Of a stretch of 64,000 nucleotides of DNA, positions 49,007-58,381 are shown one piece after another; positions within the stretch are counted from its first letter, which is position 1, and the number at the start of each line of letters is the position of its first letter. Made by a program: the position numbers and the translations under genes. The notes under the pieces are model-generated. The model saw only the letters and a list, made by a program, of their open reading frames with translations. It did not search any database and was not told the origin of the DNA. This DNA comes from an uncultured Candidatus Berkelbacteria bacterium (GTDB taxonomy: Bacteria > Patescibacteriota > UBA1384 > UBA12157 > JAENIV01): the NCBI GenBank assembly GCA_963698075.1, contig OY969116.1, forward strand, positions 19,881 to 83,880, in the 5' to 3' direction.

Positions 49007-49270
49007 ATGGCCGAATTTGCCGTCATTAAAACTGGTGGAAAACAATATAAAGTTCAAGTTGGTGATATAATTAAAGTAGAGAAACTGCCAGATAAAAAAA
49101 CAGTTGAGTTTACCGATTTATTAGCTGCAAGAAAAGTTAAAGCCAGCATTATTTCTCAGGGTAGATTTCCTAAAGTTCGCATCCTAAAATTCCATCGTCG
49201 CAAGCGCTACCAAAGGAATCGGGGGCATCGCCAATCTTACAGTGAAATAAAAATTGAAAAAATAAGTTAA
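49007..49270 (+). CDS. rplU: 50S ribosomal protein L21 (short)
   Basis: AVIKTGGKQYKV, EKL, GHRQ. Confidence 0.93.
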   Translation: MAEFAVIKTGGKQYKVQVGDIIKVEKLPDKKTVEFTDLLAARKVKASIISQGRFPKVRILKFHRRKRYQRNRGHRQSYSEIKIEKIS

Positions 49271-49271
49271 A

Positions 49272-49472
49272 ATGCATCGCATGCTTCAAAAAATCATTAA
49301 TTACTTCACCAGTTCCTATGAGGAAATGCGTAAAGTCATCTGGCCGAATCGGCGAGAAATTACCAGCCATTCGATTATTGTTGTCCTTTCAATCTTGATC
49401 TCGATGGGGATTATTGCCGCGATTGATTACGGATTATTCAATTTGTTACAAAGGTTAATTTATTCGAAATGA
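49272..49472 (+). CDS. secE: Preprotein translocase SecE
   Basis: EMRKVIWP.R.E, single TM ending in D; upstream of nusG. Confidence 0.9.
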   Translation: MHRMLQKIINYFTSSYEEMRKVIWPNRREITSHSIIVVLSILISMGIIAAIDYGLFNLLQRLIYSK

Positions 49473-49475
49473 CAC

Positions 49476-49592
49476 TCCGCCGACAGAAATCGGCGGTATC
49501 TTATCCTCCATTTCGGCGGAGTGGAAATCCGCCGAAGCAGAAGACAGGCATTCATCCTCCGACAGAAGTCGTGAGTCTTCTGCGAAGGAGGA
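49476..49592. repeat. Cluster of GC-rich hairpins between secE and nusG
   Basis: ccgccga/tcggcgg, ttcggcgga/tccgccgaa, gcagaagac/gtcttctgc. Confidence 0.7.
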
Positions 49593-49608
49593 TAATTGAG
49601 GAGAAAAT

Positions 49609-50211
49609 ATGGCCAACAACATTCGCGATCTTGCCAAAGAGGAAGAAGAGCGAGAGGCTGATAACTTAAAACTTCAAAAACAGACAGGGGAACGGGGTTG
49701 GTACGTAATCCATACTTATTCTGGTTATGAAGAGCAAGTGGCTGAAAATCTAAAACAGAGAATCGAATCCTTAGGGATGGACGAAAAAATTTTTCAAGTT
49801 CTCGTTCCTAAAGAAAAACAAATTGAAATTAAAAACGGCCGGCGGAAAACCGTGGAGAAAAAAATTTTTCCTGGCTACGTCTTAGTGGAAATGATTGTCA
49901 CCGATGATTCTTGGTATGTAGTCAGAAATACCCCCAATGTTACTGGTTTTATCGGTTTAGGTGTCAGGCCAACGCCAATGTCGAAGTTGGAAGTTGAACG
50001 AATTCAAAAGAGAATTGGTGTTGAGGAACCTAAGTTTAAGATCGAATATAAACCAGGGGATTTGGTGAGAATTTCCGACGGACCCTTGAAAGGGTTTGAG
50101 GCCAAAGTGACCGAAATTGATGAAGATAAAGGAAAAATTAAGGTTTTGGTGTCGATGTTTGGTCGGGAAACACCAGTTTCTTTGGATTCACTTCAGGTGA
50201 AGAAAGTATAA
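49609..50211 (+). CDS. nusG: Transcription factor NusG
   Basis: WYVIHTYSGYE, FPGYVLVEM, KOW domain, FGRETPV. Confidence 0.96.
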   Translation: MANNIRDLAKEEEEREADNLKLQKQTGERGWYVIHTYSGYEEQVAENLKQRIESLGMDEKIFQVLVPKEKQIEIKNGRRKTVEKKIFPGYVLVEMIVTDDSWYVVRNTPNVTGFIGLGVRPTPMSKLEVERIQKRIGVEEPKFKIEYKPGDLVRISDGPLKGFEAKVTEIDEDKGKIKVLVSMFGRETPVSLDSLQVKKV

Positions 50212-50214
50212 AAG

Positions 50215-50640
50215 ATGGCCAAGAAAATAAAAACCATCATTAAGCTCCAAGCACCCGCCGGTAAAGCCACCCCCGCGCCGCCGATTGGGCCAGCTTTGGG
50301 CCAACACGGCGTTAATATCATGGAGTTTGTCAATCAATTTAACACCCAGACGGCCAAAATGGGGGAGACGATTGTGCCGGTGGAGTTAACAGTTTATGAA
50401 GATAGAACCTTCTCTTTTATTTTGAAATCGCCGCCAGCAGCCGAGCTCTTAAAAAAAGCCGCTGGCATTGAAAAGGGATCGGGAGTTCCTAATCGCGAGA
50501 AGGTTGGCAAAGTCACTGAAGCCCAGGTAGAAGAAATTGCCAAACTTAAGATGGAAGATTTGACCGCTAATGATTTAGAAGCCGCCAAAAAAATCATTCG
50601 CGGCACCGCGAAAAATATGGGAATTGAAGTTGTGAAATAA
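50215..50640 (+). CDS. rplK: 50S ribosomal protein L11
   Basis: [24 protein letters not shown]. Confidence 0.97.
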   Translation: MAKKIKTIIKLQAPAGKATPAPPIGPALGQHGVNIMEFVNQFNTQTAKMGETIVPVELTVYEDRTFSFILKSPPAAELLKKAAGIEKGSGVPNREKVGKVTEAQVEEIAKLKMEDLTANDLEAAKKIIRGTAKNMGIEVVK

Positions 50641-50660
50641 ACGGCTCGCCCTATCAAGAT

Positions 50661-51236
50661 ATGAGTGTTATAAATATAAACGATAAAAATAGTCTCCAAA
50701 ATGCCGCCAAAGTGCTCAAAGAAGGCGGCATTTTGGTATTTCCGACTGATACGGTTTATGGAATTGGCTGTCTGATGAATGAGTTGGCAATCAGACGGCT
50801 ATATGCAATCAAAAATCGTCCTTTGTCTCAACCAACTGCGATTTTATTCGTAAAAAAGATAATCCTTAAAATATGCTCCAGCATAAATAAGGGATTAAAT
50901 ATACCCGAAGACATTAAAAGGGGATTTAGAAAAGGTAAAATTACCTTATTGATGCCGATAGATCGGATAAATATTAGACATATCAAAATATTGGTAAAAG
51001 ACAATAAAATCGGCATTCGTTTGCCAAAATATCAGTGGCTTGAAAAGTTGATAAATATTGTCGGCCCGATTGTCGCATCATCAGCCAATAAAAAAGGGGA
51101 GAGACCGCCGGCAAAATTTGAGGCAATTGACCAAGATATTATCAAACTGGCGGATTTGACGATAAAAACTGACCAGAAACTTCCAGGAAAACCCTCGCGC
51201 GTTTATGATTTAGAACTCAAAAAAGATCTTCGGTAG
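50661..51236 (+). CDS. tsaC: L-threonylcarbamoyladenylate synthase (YrdC/Sua5 family)
   Basis: PTDTVYG, K.R, IGIRLP, SSAN, PS. Confidence 0.85.
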   Translation: MSVININDKNSLQNAAKVLKEGGILVFPTDTVYGIGCLMNELAIRRLYAIKNRPLSQPTAILFVKKIILKICSSINKGLNIPEDIKRGFRKGKITLLMPIDRINIRHIKILVKDNKIGIRLPKYQWLEKLINIVGPIVASSANKKGERPPAKFEAIDQDIIKLADLTIKTDQKLPGKPSRVYDLELKKDLR

Positions 51237-51242
51237 TACGAA

Positions 51243-51435
51243 GAAAGCCCCGCTTGCGCAGGGCCTTCTTCTTTTTATCCTCTCCTTTACAATCCCAACC
51301 GCCACGTTAGATAATTTTCATATCTAACGGGGCATCTAGCCAGTCTCATAATAATTTTTAATGTACAAGACTGGGATTGGGTGTAAGAGGAAAGAAATTA
51401 CCTTGAACGGCAACTTTCTTTACCCTTACCGGGAT
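51243..51435 (-). ncRNA. Candidate structured non-coding RNA
   Basis: Promoter upstream, several stems with minus-strand G-U pairs, terminal GNRA hairpin with U tail, no evident ORF. Confidence 0.5.
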
Positions 51436-51441
51436 TTAAAG

Positions 51442-51470
51442 AATATAACATGAAATCCGCAAATTGTCAA
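51442..51470 (-). promoter_or_regulatory. Promoter for the candidate ncRNA
   Basis: Minus strand TTGACA-N17-TATATT with TG extension. Confidence 0.7.
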
Positions 51471-51480
51471 GAGATGCATC

Positions 51481-51506
51481 AGCCCCCGGTGAAAACACGG
51501 GGGCTG
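51481..51506 (-). terminator. Hairpin after the 80-aa ORF
   Basis: agccccc...gggggct. Confidence 0.6.
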
Positions 51507-51749
51507 TTAGTGATGTTTCATATACCAGAGGCGTGGAAGAGGCTTGGGCAGTTGGCGGAGCCTGCCTTGTTGATAGAGCGTTCCGGCGAACTGATTGAGT
51601 TGACGTTGGCCGCCCCGACCGAGAAACCTGCGTAGCCGGGGGACCTTGATGTCTTGTAGATGTTGTTGGTTCATGTCCCAGCCGAGCTTGCGGGCACAAG
51701 ATACAACGTTGTCTTCAAGCTCCGGTCGCCGCTGGCAAGATAATCGCAT
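51507..51749 (-). CDS. Small basic hypothetical protein (80 aa)
   Basis: GGAGG RBS, consensus promoter upstream, hairpin downstream. Confidence 0.6.
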   Translation of the reverse strand: MRLSCQRRPELEDNVVSCARKLGWDMNQQHLQDIKVPRLRRFLGRGGQRQLNQFAGTLYQQGRLRQLPKPLPRLWYMKHH

Positions 51750-51784
51750 CAGACTCGCCTCCAGGTCGTATTTACTTATGAAAA

Positions 51785-51813
51785 ATTATAGCATAAATTT
51801 CATTCTTTGTCAA
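51785..51813 (-). promoter_or_regulatory. Consensus sigma70 promoter
   Basis: Minus strand TTGACA-N17-TATAAT. Confidence 0.8.
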
Positions 51814-51844
51814 TTCTTTGATAAATTAAGATTGGGTATAAATT

Positions 51845-52942
51845 ATGAACACAGATGCTAAATATTGGGTAGCGCTTTCAAACCACCAAAAAATCGGGGC
51901 GCGAACTTTTGCCAAGCTCTACCGACGATTTAAAAAATTAGAAAACGTTTGGCAAGCCCGGGAAAGAGAATTAGCTGAAGCCGGTTTGGATTTAGGCCAA
52001 ATTGAAGCGGTCAAGGAAATAATTGCCAATAAAGATCCTGATGAAGAACTTGAGCGATTAAAAAAATATGAAATCAAGGTCATAATTTTGCCTGACCAAG
52101 ATTATCCCAGGCTTTTGCGCGAAGTTCCTGATCCACCAGGCCTTCTCTACCTTAAAGGGAAAATTCTTCCTCAAGACGAGCTGGCGATTGCCGTCGTTGG
52201 TTCACGCAAATTTAGCCATTATGGCCAGCGGGCGACCGAAGAAATTGTCTATCCCTTAGCACGTTCAAAAATCACGATTGTTTCGGGAATGGCCCTCGGG
52301 ATAGATGCTTATGCCCATAAAGCGGCTCTTGATGCCCATGGTAGAACAATTGGTATCATGGCTTGTGGCTTAGATCAGATATATCCAATCGCCAATATTC
52401 GTTTAGCCGACAAAATTCTTTCAAGCGGCGGGGCCATAATTTCCGAATTTCCCTTGGGGATGCCGGCCTTAAAATTTAATTTTCCCATCCGCAATCGCAT
52501 TATTGCCGGTTTAAGCCTGGGGACAGTGGTGATTGAATGCGCTGAAGGTTCTGGTTCACTCTTGACAGCCGCGGCTGCCCTGGAATACAATCGGGAAGTC
52601 TTTGCCGTTCCCGGGGAGATTTTTGCGGAAACTTCCCAAGGCACTAACCGATTAATCAAGATGGGTGCCAAGTTAGTCACTTCTTATCAGGATATTTTGG
52701 AAGAATTAGCCATTGAGGAAAAGGAAAAAATTAAAAAAGCCAGACAAATTATCGCCGATACTCATGAGGAAGAAATTCTGTTAAAATTGTTAAGAGACCC
52801 GATCTTAATTGATTCGCTGGTTAATAGGTCGGGTTTGGATGCGGCGACGATCAATTCCACCTTAATCCAGATGGAAATGAAAGGTAAAGTCAGAAACTTG
52901 GGCGGCACGAGATATGTCGTCAGCGGGAAAATTAAATTATGA
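51845..52942 (+). CDS. dprA: DNA-processing protein DprA
   Basis: AVVGSR, VSGMALGID, FPIRNRIIAG, SGSL.TA, VFAVPG. Confidence 0.96.
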   Translation: MNTDAKYWVALSNHQKIGARTFAKLYRRFKKLENVWQARERELAEAGLDLGQIEAVKEIIANKDPDEELERLKKYEIKVIILPDQDYPRLLREVPDPPGLLYLKGKILPQDELAIAVVGSRKFSHYGQRATEEIVYPLARSKITIVSGMALGIDAYAHKAALDAHGRTIGIMACGLDQIYPIANIRLADKILSSGGAIISEFPLGMPALKFNFPIRNRIIAGLSLGTVVIECAEGSGSLLTAAAALEYNREVFAVPGEIFAETSQGTNRLIKMGAKLVTSYQDILEELAIEEKEKIKKARQIIADTHEEEILLKLLRDPILIDSLVNRSGLDAATINSTLIQMEMKGKVRNLGGTRYVVSGKIKL

Positions 52943-55125
52943 ATTTAGTGATTGTCGAGTCTCCGGCTAAAGGCCGGACAATTAAGAATATTTTAGGGGG
53001 GGATTTTAAAGTTCTCGCTTCTTTCGGTCATGTCCGTGACCTTCCCAAAAAAGAGTTGGGTCTTGATCTTAAAAATGATTTTCAACCCAAATATACAATC
53101 CCCGCCAAAGCTCGAAAAACAGTGAAACTTTTAAAGGAAGAAATCGCCAAGGCCAATAATCTTTATTTAGCCACTGATTATGATCGAGAAGGCGAGGCCA
53201 TTGCCTGGCATCTCATCAAGGCCGTCGGCCTTGATGAACTTAAAACTAAAAACTTAAAACTTAAAACTTTTAGAATTACTTTTCATGAAATAACGAAACC
53301 TGCCATTTTGGAAGCGATTAAACATCCAAGAGATATCGACATTCATTTGGTCGACGCCCAACAAGCCAGACGTGTTTTGGACCGCCTGGTGGGTTATAAA
53401 CTTTCTCCCTTTTTATGGCAAAAGGTTGCCCGGGGACTTTCGGCTGGTCGGGTTCAATCGGTGGCAGTAAGGTTAATAGTTGAACGTGAGCGAGAAATTC
53501 GTCAATTTGTTCCTCAAGAATACTGGCAAATTGTCGCCGAACTGACCAAAAAGGAAGAAAGCAAAACTTTTAAGGCGATTTTATCGGAAAAAGACGGCCA
53601 AAAAATTGAAAAACTGGCGATCAAAGATCAAAAACAAGCCCAGCAAATTTTGAATGACCTCAAAGGCGCGTCTTATCAAGTCAAGGATATCCAATTCGAA
53701 ACTAAAGCTCGCTGGCCGCAACCGCCATTTACGACCTCAACTCTTCAGCAGGAAGCTGGTCGGCGTTTAGGTTTCTCCGCCAAGCAAACAATGCGCCTTG
53801 CCCAAGGGCTTTATGAGGACGGCTTAATCACCTATATGCGTACCGATTCAGTTCAGGTCTCTCCTTTAGCAATCACTCAAGCCCAAAAAGTGATAAGTCA
53901 AAATTTCGGCCGAGAATATCTGCCGTCAAGGCCGAAATTTTATAAAACAAAGATTTTACGCGCCCAAGAAGCCCATGAGGCCATCCGGCCAACTGATTTG
54001 TCGCGTCAAGAAATTTTAGGGCAGAGCGAGCGTCAGAAGCTTTATGATTTAATTTGGAAAAGAATGCTCGCCTCCCAAATGAAAGAGGCGGTTTTTGAGG
54101 AAACTCTGGTGGATATTGTGGCTAAAGAATACGGTTTTCGCGCTATCGGCTCAAAAATGAAATTTGATGGGTTTTTAAAGATTTATGGTTATCGAGATGA
54201 CGAAAATAAATCTCAACTAATTCCGAAATTATCCATCAAAGAAATGCTTGATTTGAAAAAACTCCAGCAAACCCAATACTTTACTGAGCCGCCATCGAGA
54301 TACTCCGAAGGCACCCTTATTAGAGAACTGGAGAAAAGAGGTATTGGTCGACCATCAACCTACGCCCCGACATTGGCTACGATTATTGATCGGGGATATG
54401 TTGAAAAAATCCAAGGCAAACTCTTACCCAAAGAAATTGGCGAGATTGTCAACGATTTATTGGTTAAACATTTTCCGAAGGTTATTGATTACCAATTTAC
54501 CTCCAAAATGGAAGCCAATTTAGATGAAATTGCTGAAGGAAGATTAAAATGGCAAAAAGTCGTTGGTGAATTTTATGAACCTTTTTCCAAAGATTTAGCC
54601 CGCAAAATCCAAGAAGTTTCCAAAAAAGAGATTACAGAGGAAGAATATGATAAAAATTGTCCCAAATGCGGTAGGAAACTCAAGATTAAGTTAGGCCGAT
54701 ATGGGAAGTTTTTGGCCTGTTCTGGCTTCCCAGATTGTAAATACACTGGACCTTTATTAGAAAAATTGACGATACCACCGACGGATTCTCGAGAAAAATG
54801 TCCCAAGTGCGGTAAAAAATTAACCATTAAAGAAGGTAAATTCGGCCCCTTTTTAGCTTGCGACGGCTATCCTGGCTGTAAATTTACGAAAAATATTGAA
54901 ATCGCTGCCAAAGTTCCTTGTCCAACCTGTGGCAATAAACTTCTTAGAAAACGAACCCGTAAAGGCAGGATATTTTGGGGTTGTGCCAATTATCCAACCT
55001 GTAAGACCGCTTACTGGGATGAGCCTCAAGAGAAAAAGTGTCCAAAATGTAAAAATCTTTTAACTTTAAATTCGAAATTGAAAATATTAAAATGTAGTCA
55101 GTGCGATTGGAAAGAAAATGTCTAG
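52939..55125 (+). CDS. topA: DNA topoisomerase I
   Basis: IVESPAK, DREGEAI, SAGRVQS, ITYMRTDS, C-terminal zinc ribbons. Confidence 0.97.
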   Translation: MNLVIVESPAKGRTIKNILGGDFKVLASFGHVRDLPKKELGLDLKNDFQPKYTIPAKARKTVKLLKEEIAKANNLYLATDYDREGEAIAWHLIKAVGLDELKTKNLKLKTFRITFHEITKPAILEAIKHPRDIDIHLVDAQQARRVLDRLVGYKLSPFLWQKVARGLSAGRVQSVAVRLIVEREREIRQFVPQEYWQIVAELTKKEESKTFKAILSEKDGQKIEKLAIKDQKQAQQILNDLKGASYQVKDIQFETKARWPQPPFTTSTLQQEAGRRLGFSAKQTMRLAQGLYEDGLITYMRTDSVQVSPLAITQAQKVISQNFGREYLPSRPKFYKTKILRAQEAHEAIRPTDLSRQEILGQSERQKLYDLIWKRMLASQMKEAVFEETLVDIVAKEYGFRAIGSKMKFDGFLKIYGYRDDENKSQLIPKLSIKEMLDLKKLQQTQYFTEPPSRYSEGTLIRELEKRGIGRPSTYAPTLATIIDRGYVEKIQGKLLPKEIGEIVNDLLVKHFPKVIDYQFTSKMEANLDEIAEGRLKWQKVVGEFYEPFSKDLARKIQEVSKKEITEEEYDKNCPKCGRKLKIKLGRYGKFLACSGFPDCKYTGPLLEKLTIPPTDSREKCPKCGKKLTIKEGKFGPFLACDGYPGCKFTKNIEIAAKVPCPTCGNKLLRKRTRKGRIFWGCANYPTCKTAYWDEPQEKKCPKCKNLLTLNSKLKILKCSQCDWKENV

Positions 55126-55729
55126 AATTCTTCCTGATTCCGTTTCAAAACTAATTGAAGAATTTGCCAAATTGCCGGGAGTTGGTCCAAAAACCGCCTC
55201 GCGACTGACTTTTTATCTTTTAACTAAAGGTGAACAAGATTTAAAAAACTTTGGCGAGGCCGTCTTAAATCTTAAAAAAATGCTGAAAATTTGCCAATCC
55301 TGCTATAATATAACTGAGAAGTCACCTTGCGAGATCTGTGAAGATCCCAAACGTGACCGGAGTATTTTGATGGTGGTTGAAGAACCATTAGATATTGTCG
55401 CCCTGGAAAAAACAGGCTTTACTGGACGTTATCATGTTTTAGGAGGAGTAATCTCGCCGATTGAAGGCATTGGTCCGGAAAACTTGCGTATTGGCGAATT
55501 ATTAGCCAGAATTAAAGAAGATAGGGGAATTAAAGAAATTATTCTTGCCACCGATCCTTCTTTAGAAGGCGAGGCAACGGCGATGTATCTTGCCCGTGAA
55601 TTTCAGAAGCTCGCTTTACCAAAATTAATGATTACGCGGATCGCCCGCGGTCTGCCGGTGGGCGGTGATCTTGAATATGCCGATGAGATTACTTTGACCC
55701 GGGCGTTGGAGGGAAGGAAAGAATATTAA
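55118..55729 (+). CDS. recR: Recombination mediator RecR
   Basis: LPGVGPKTA, C4 finger, YHVLGG, EGEATA, GLPVGGDLEYAD. Confidence 0.96.
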   Translation: MSRILPDSVSKLIEEFAKLPGVGPKTASRLTFYLLTKGEQDLKNFGEAVLNLKKMLKICQSCYNITEKSPCEICEDPKRDRSILMVVEEPLDIVALEKTGFTGRYHVLGGVISPIEGIGPENLRIGELLARIKEDRGIKEIILATDPSLEGEATAMYLAREFQKLALPKLMITRIARGLPVGGDLEYADEITLTRALEGRKEY

Positions 55730-55748
55730 TGCTGGAAGAAGGAGGAAG

Positions 55749-55943
55749 ATGAAAAAATCCGAACAAGCAGTTTGTTCAAATTGTGGTTGGTCGGGGGATG
55801 CCTTGGGTTTAACTCATTGTCCCGAATGTCACCAAGAGCTTATCTCTTTGGATTCGGATAAGCTGGAGAGTCGTCTTGGCCAAGAAAAATACCCATCAGA
55901 GGCAGTCGCCAAAGTTGAAGATGAAGATGATTCTGTTCAATAA
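55749..55943 (+). CDS. Small zinc-ribbon protein
   Basis: CSNC...CPEC; GGAGG RBS; abuts cysS. Confidence 0.65.
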   Translation: MKKSEQAVCSNCGWSGDALGLTHCPECHQELISLDSDKLESRLGQEKYPSEAVAKVEDEDDSVQ

Positions 55944-57275
55944 ATGTTAAGACTTTACAATAGTTTGACCAAAAAAATCGAAATTTTTAAGCCAATTAAA
56001 CCCAAATCCGTGGGGATGTATGTTTGTGGTCCAACAGTTTATTCAAGTGACCATTTGGGACATGGCCGAACTTGGATTTTTTTCGATTGGCTAAGGCGCT
56101 ACTTTTTAGCGAAAAATTTTAAAGTCAAATTTGTCCAAAATATTACCGACGTTGGTCATTTGCTAGATGATGCCGAAGAGGGTGAAGACAAAATTGAAAA
56201 AGAAGCCAAAGAAAAAGGCGTCAAACCAGAGGCAATCGCCCGACGCTTTGAAAAAGAACATTTTCAAGATTTAGCCAATTTAAATATTTTAAAACCAGAT
56301 TTCAATCCCCGGGCAACTGACCATATCAAAGAGATTATCGATTTTATTCAAGTCCTCATCAAAAAAGATCATGCTTACGTGGTTGGTGGTAACGTTTATT
56401 TTTCTGTCTCTTCATTTAAAGATTATGGCAAGCTTTCCGGCCGCAAGGTTGATGAAATGATTTCTGGGGTACGGATAAAATCGGACCCCAGGAAAAAATC
56501 ACCGGCGGATTTTGCTTTGTGGCTTAAAGCTGATTCAGGACATTTGCAAAAATGGCCATCGCCTTGGGGCCAAGGTTTTCCCGGTTGGCATATTGAATGT
56601 TCAGTGCTATCAACTAAATATTTGGGCCAACCTTTTGATATTCATGGGAGCGCTTCGGAACTTATTTTTCCTCATCATGAAAACGAAATTGCTCAAAGCG
56701 AGAGCTACGCTGATAAACCGCTGGCTCGATACTGGCTTCATGCGGGCATGCTTTTAATCAACGGTCAAAAAATGGCTAAAAGCACCGGCAACTTTATCAC
56801 CATTAAAAATGTTCTTGGAAATTATGACGCCGACACGATCAAAATTGCCTTTATGACCACCAACTGGCGAAAACCTTTCAATTGGGAAGGAAACGCCATT
56901 GAGGAGGCCAGAAAAGTCAAGGTTAAACTGGTGCGAGCCCAAAAAGAGGCCCAACCGCTCAAAACTGGTTTTAAAACCGAAATTAACAATGCCTTGGAAA
57001 ATGATTTTAACGTCCCACAAGCTCTAGCAATTATTGTGGGCAATTTAAGTAAGCTTTCCCGGGATGATTTTGATTATATTAAAGAGGTTTTTGGACTCAA
57101 GTTAGAAGATAAAACCAAGCTAACCTCAAAACAGGAGAAAATGGTTGCGAAAAGGGGAAAAGCCCGCGAAAAAGGGGATTACGGACGGGCTGATGAGATA
57201 AGAAAAAAACTAGAAAAAGAGGGGATTATCGTCGAAGACACCACCGCCGGGCCAAGAATTATCCCTAGATCTTGA
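55944..57275 (+). CDS. cysS: Cysteine--tRNA ligase
   Basis: YVCGPTVY, HLGH, DFALW, PGWHIECS, FPHHENE, KMAKS. Confidence 0.96.
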   Translation: MLRLYNSLTKKIEIFKPIKPKSVGMYVCGPTVYSSDHLGHGRTWIFFDWLRRYFLAKNFKVKFVQNITDVGHLLDDAEEGEDKIEKEAKEKGVKPEAIARRFEKEHFQDLANLNILKPDFNPRATDHIKEIIDFIQVLIKKDHAYVVGGNVYFSVSSFKDYGKLSGRKVDEMISGVRIKSDPRKKSPADFALWLKADSGHLQKWPSPWGQGFPGWHIECSVLSTKYLGQPFDIHGSASELIFPHHENEIAQSESYADKPLARYWLHAGMLLINGQKMAKSTGNFITIKNVLGNYDADTIKIAFMTTNWRKPFNWEGNAIEEARKVKVKLVRAQKEAQPLKTGFKTEINNALENDFNVPQALAIIVGNLSKLSRDDFDYIKEVFGLKLEDKTKLTSKQEKMVAKRGKAREKGDYGRADEIRKKLEKEGIIVEDTTAGPRIIPRS

Positions 57276-57300
57276 CTTTTCGGACAAAATATGGTATATT
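57272..57300 (+). promoter_or_regulatory. Promoter ahead of a long structured leader
   Basis: TTGACT-N17-TATATT with TG extension. Confidence 0.7.
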
Positions 57301-57565
57301 AGCAAGTTAAATAAGATAGGATGGAATTGAAAACTAAAAGGAGGCCAAGGAGTGCCTCTTTTTGTTTTGGTCAACCTGCTGGCTGAGACCTGTGGAGAGA
57401 AGACTCAAAAATAATAGAGTCTGCCCCTCCTTCCCTGGTCTTGGCTAGCATGTTGCCCTAAACTACAGGCTTCGCCTGAGTTCAGGACAGGCCCAAAGCA
57501 GAGCTGGCCCTCTGTGAGGACACAGATTCGCATCGACATTACATCGGGATAGGAGGATACGCGCG

Positions 57566-58381
57566 ATGCGACGTACCGTCACAATCTTTCTAGCCCTGGT
57601 GCTCACATTCGTGAGTATCGGGCTAGCGTCTGCGGAGAAGTTCAAGCAGACGTCGACCCCTAAGCTGGGACACTATGCCAAGGTCTTCGATCCGGCGACC
57701 GGCCTTCCGCTGATAGTGGAAGGGCCTGATGGTCAGCCGATCGAATGCTCGGCAGACCAAGTCCCCATCGGTGCGACAGTTCGCGTCTACTGGCTGACTA
57801 ACGCCAATGGACGACACACCGTCAAGCTCACCGCCCGCGAAAAGGACGGGAGCGTTGAGCAGGACATTGTTGGCGGGCCGTACTACGTCGACTACCTCAC
57901 TAAGACGGACTACATTGGCCCCCACGTCTGTACTGCCAGCATCTGGACTGACGAAGAGCGGTGGGACCCGGCCGTCGAGGAATACACTGTCATCTCCAAA
58001 ACCCTCGAGCAGGCTCGGTTCAAGCCGCGCGTCATCACTGCCCCGCCCGGGACTCCAATCCCGCCGGGCGCCACGCCGATCAGTCCGCAGGTGGTTCCGG
58101 TGCCAGACGCTGATCCGCCAGCCATACCGACACCCGCGGCACCCCCTGTTGATCCTCTGATGGGTCTGAAGCTGGCAAGCAGGGAACAGATCCTGACTTG
58201 TACCTATGATCGGGTCAACCGAGTTCAACTTGGAGACCAGATCGTGGTAAAGGTTCGCGGACAGGTCGTCGGGTTGCTCGAGGTCACTCGTCTCGACCGG
58301 TTCGGCTACAATGCCATCCTGGTCGCAGGCGAGGCCCCTGTCGGGGCGGAACTGTACCTCAGGAATGGAGGCCAAGCGTGA
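57566..58381 (+). CDS. Secreted protein with Pro-rich linker and small C-terminal beta domain, GC-rich
   Basis: Signal peptide (ASA), AGGAGG RBS, Pro-rich linker. Confidence 0.75.
   Translation: MRRTVTIFLALVLTFVSIGLASAEKFKQTSTPKLGHYAKVFDPATGLPLIVEGPDGQPIECSADQVPIGATVRVYWLTNANGRHTVKLTAREKDGSVEQDIVGGPYYVDYLTKTDYIGPHVCTASIWTDEERWDPAVEEYTVISKTLEQARFKPRVITAPPGTPIPPGATPISPQVVPVPDADPPAIPTPAAPPVDPLMGLKLASREQILTCTYDRVNRVQLGDQIVVKVRGQVVGLLEVTRLDRFGYNAILVAGEAPVGAELYLRNGGQA

Noticed and set aside
49469-49669. 66-aa ORF between secE and nusG
   Set aside because: Read-through of a hairpin cluster, overlapping nusG out of frame
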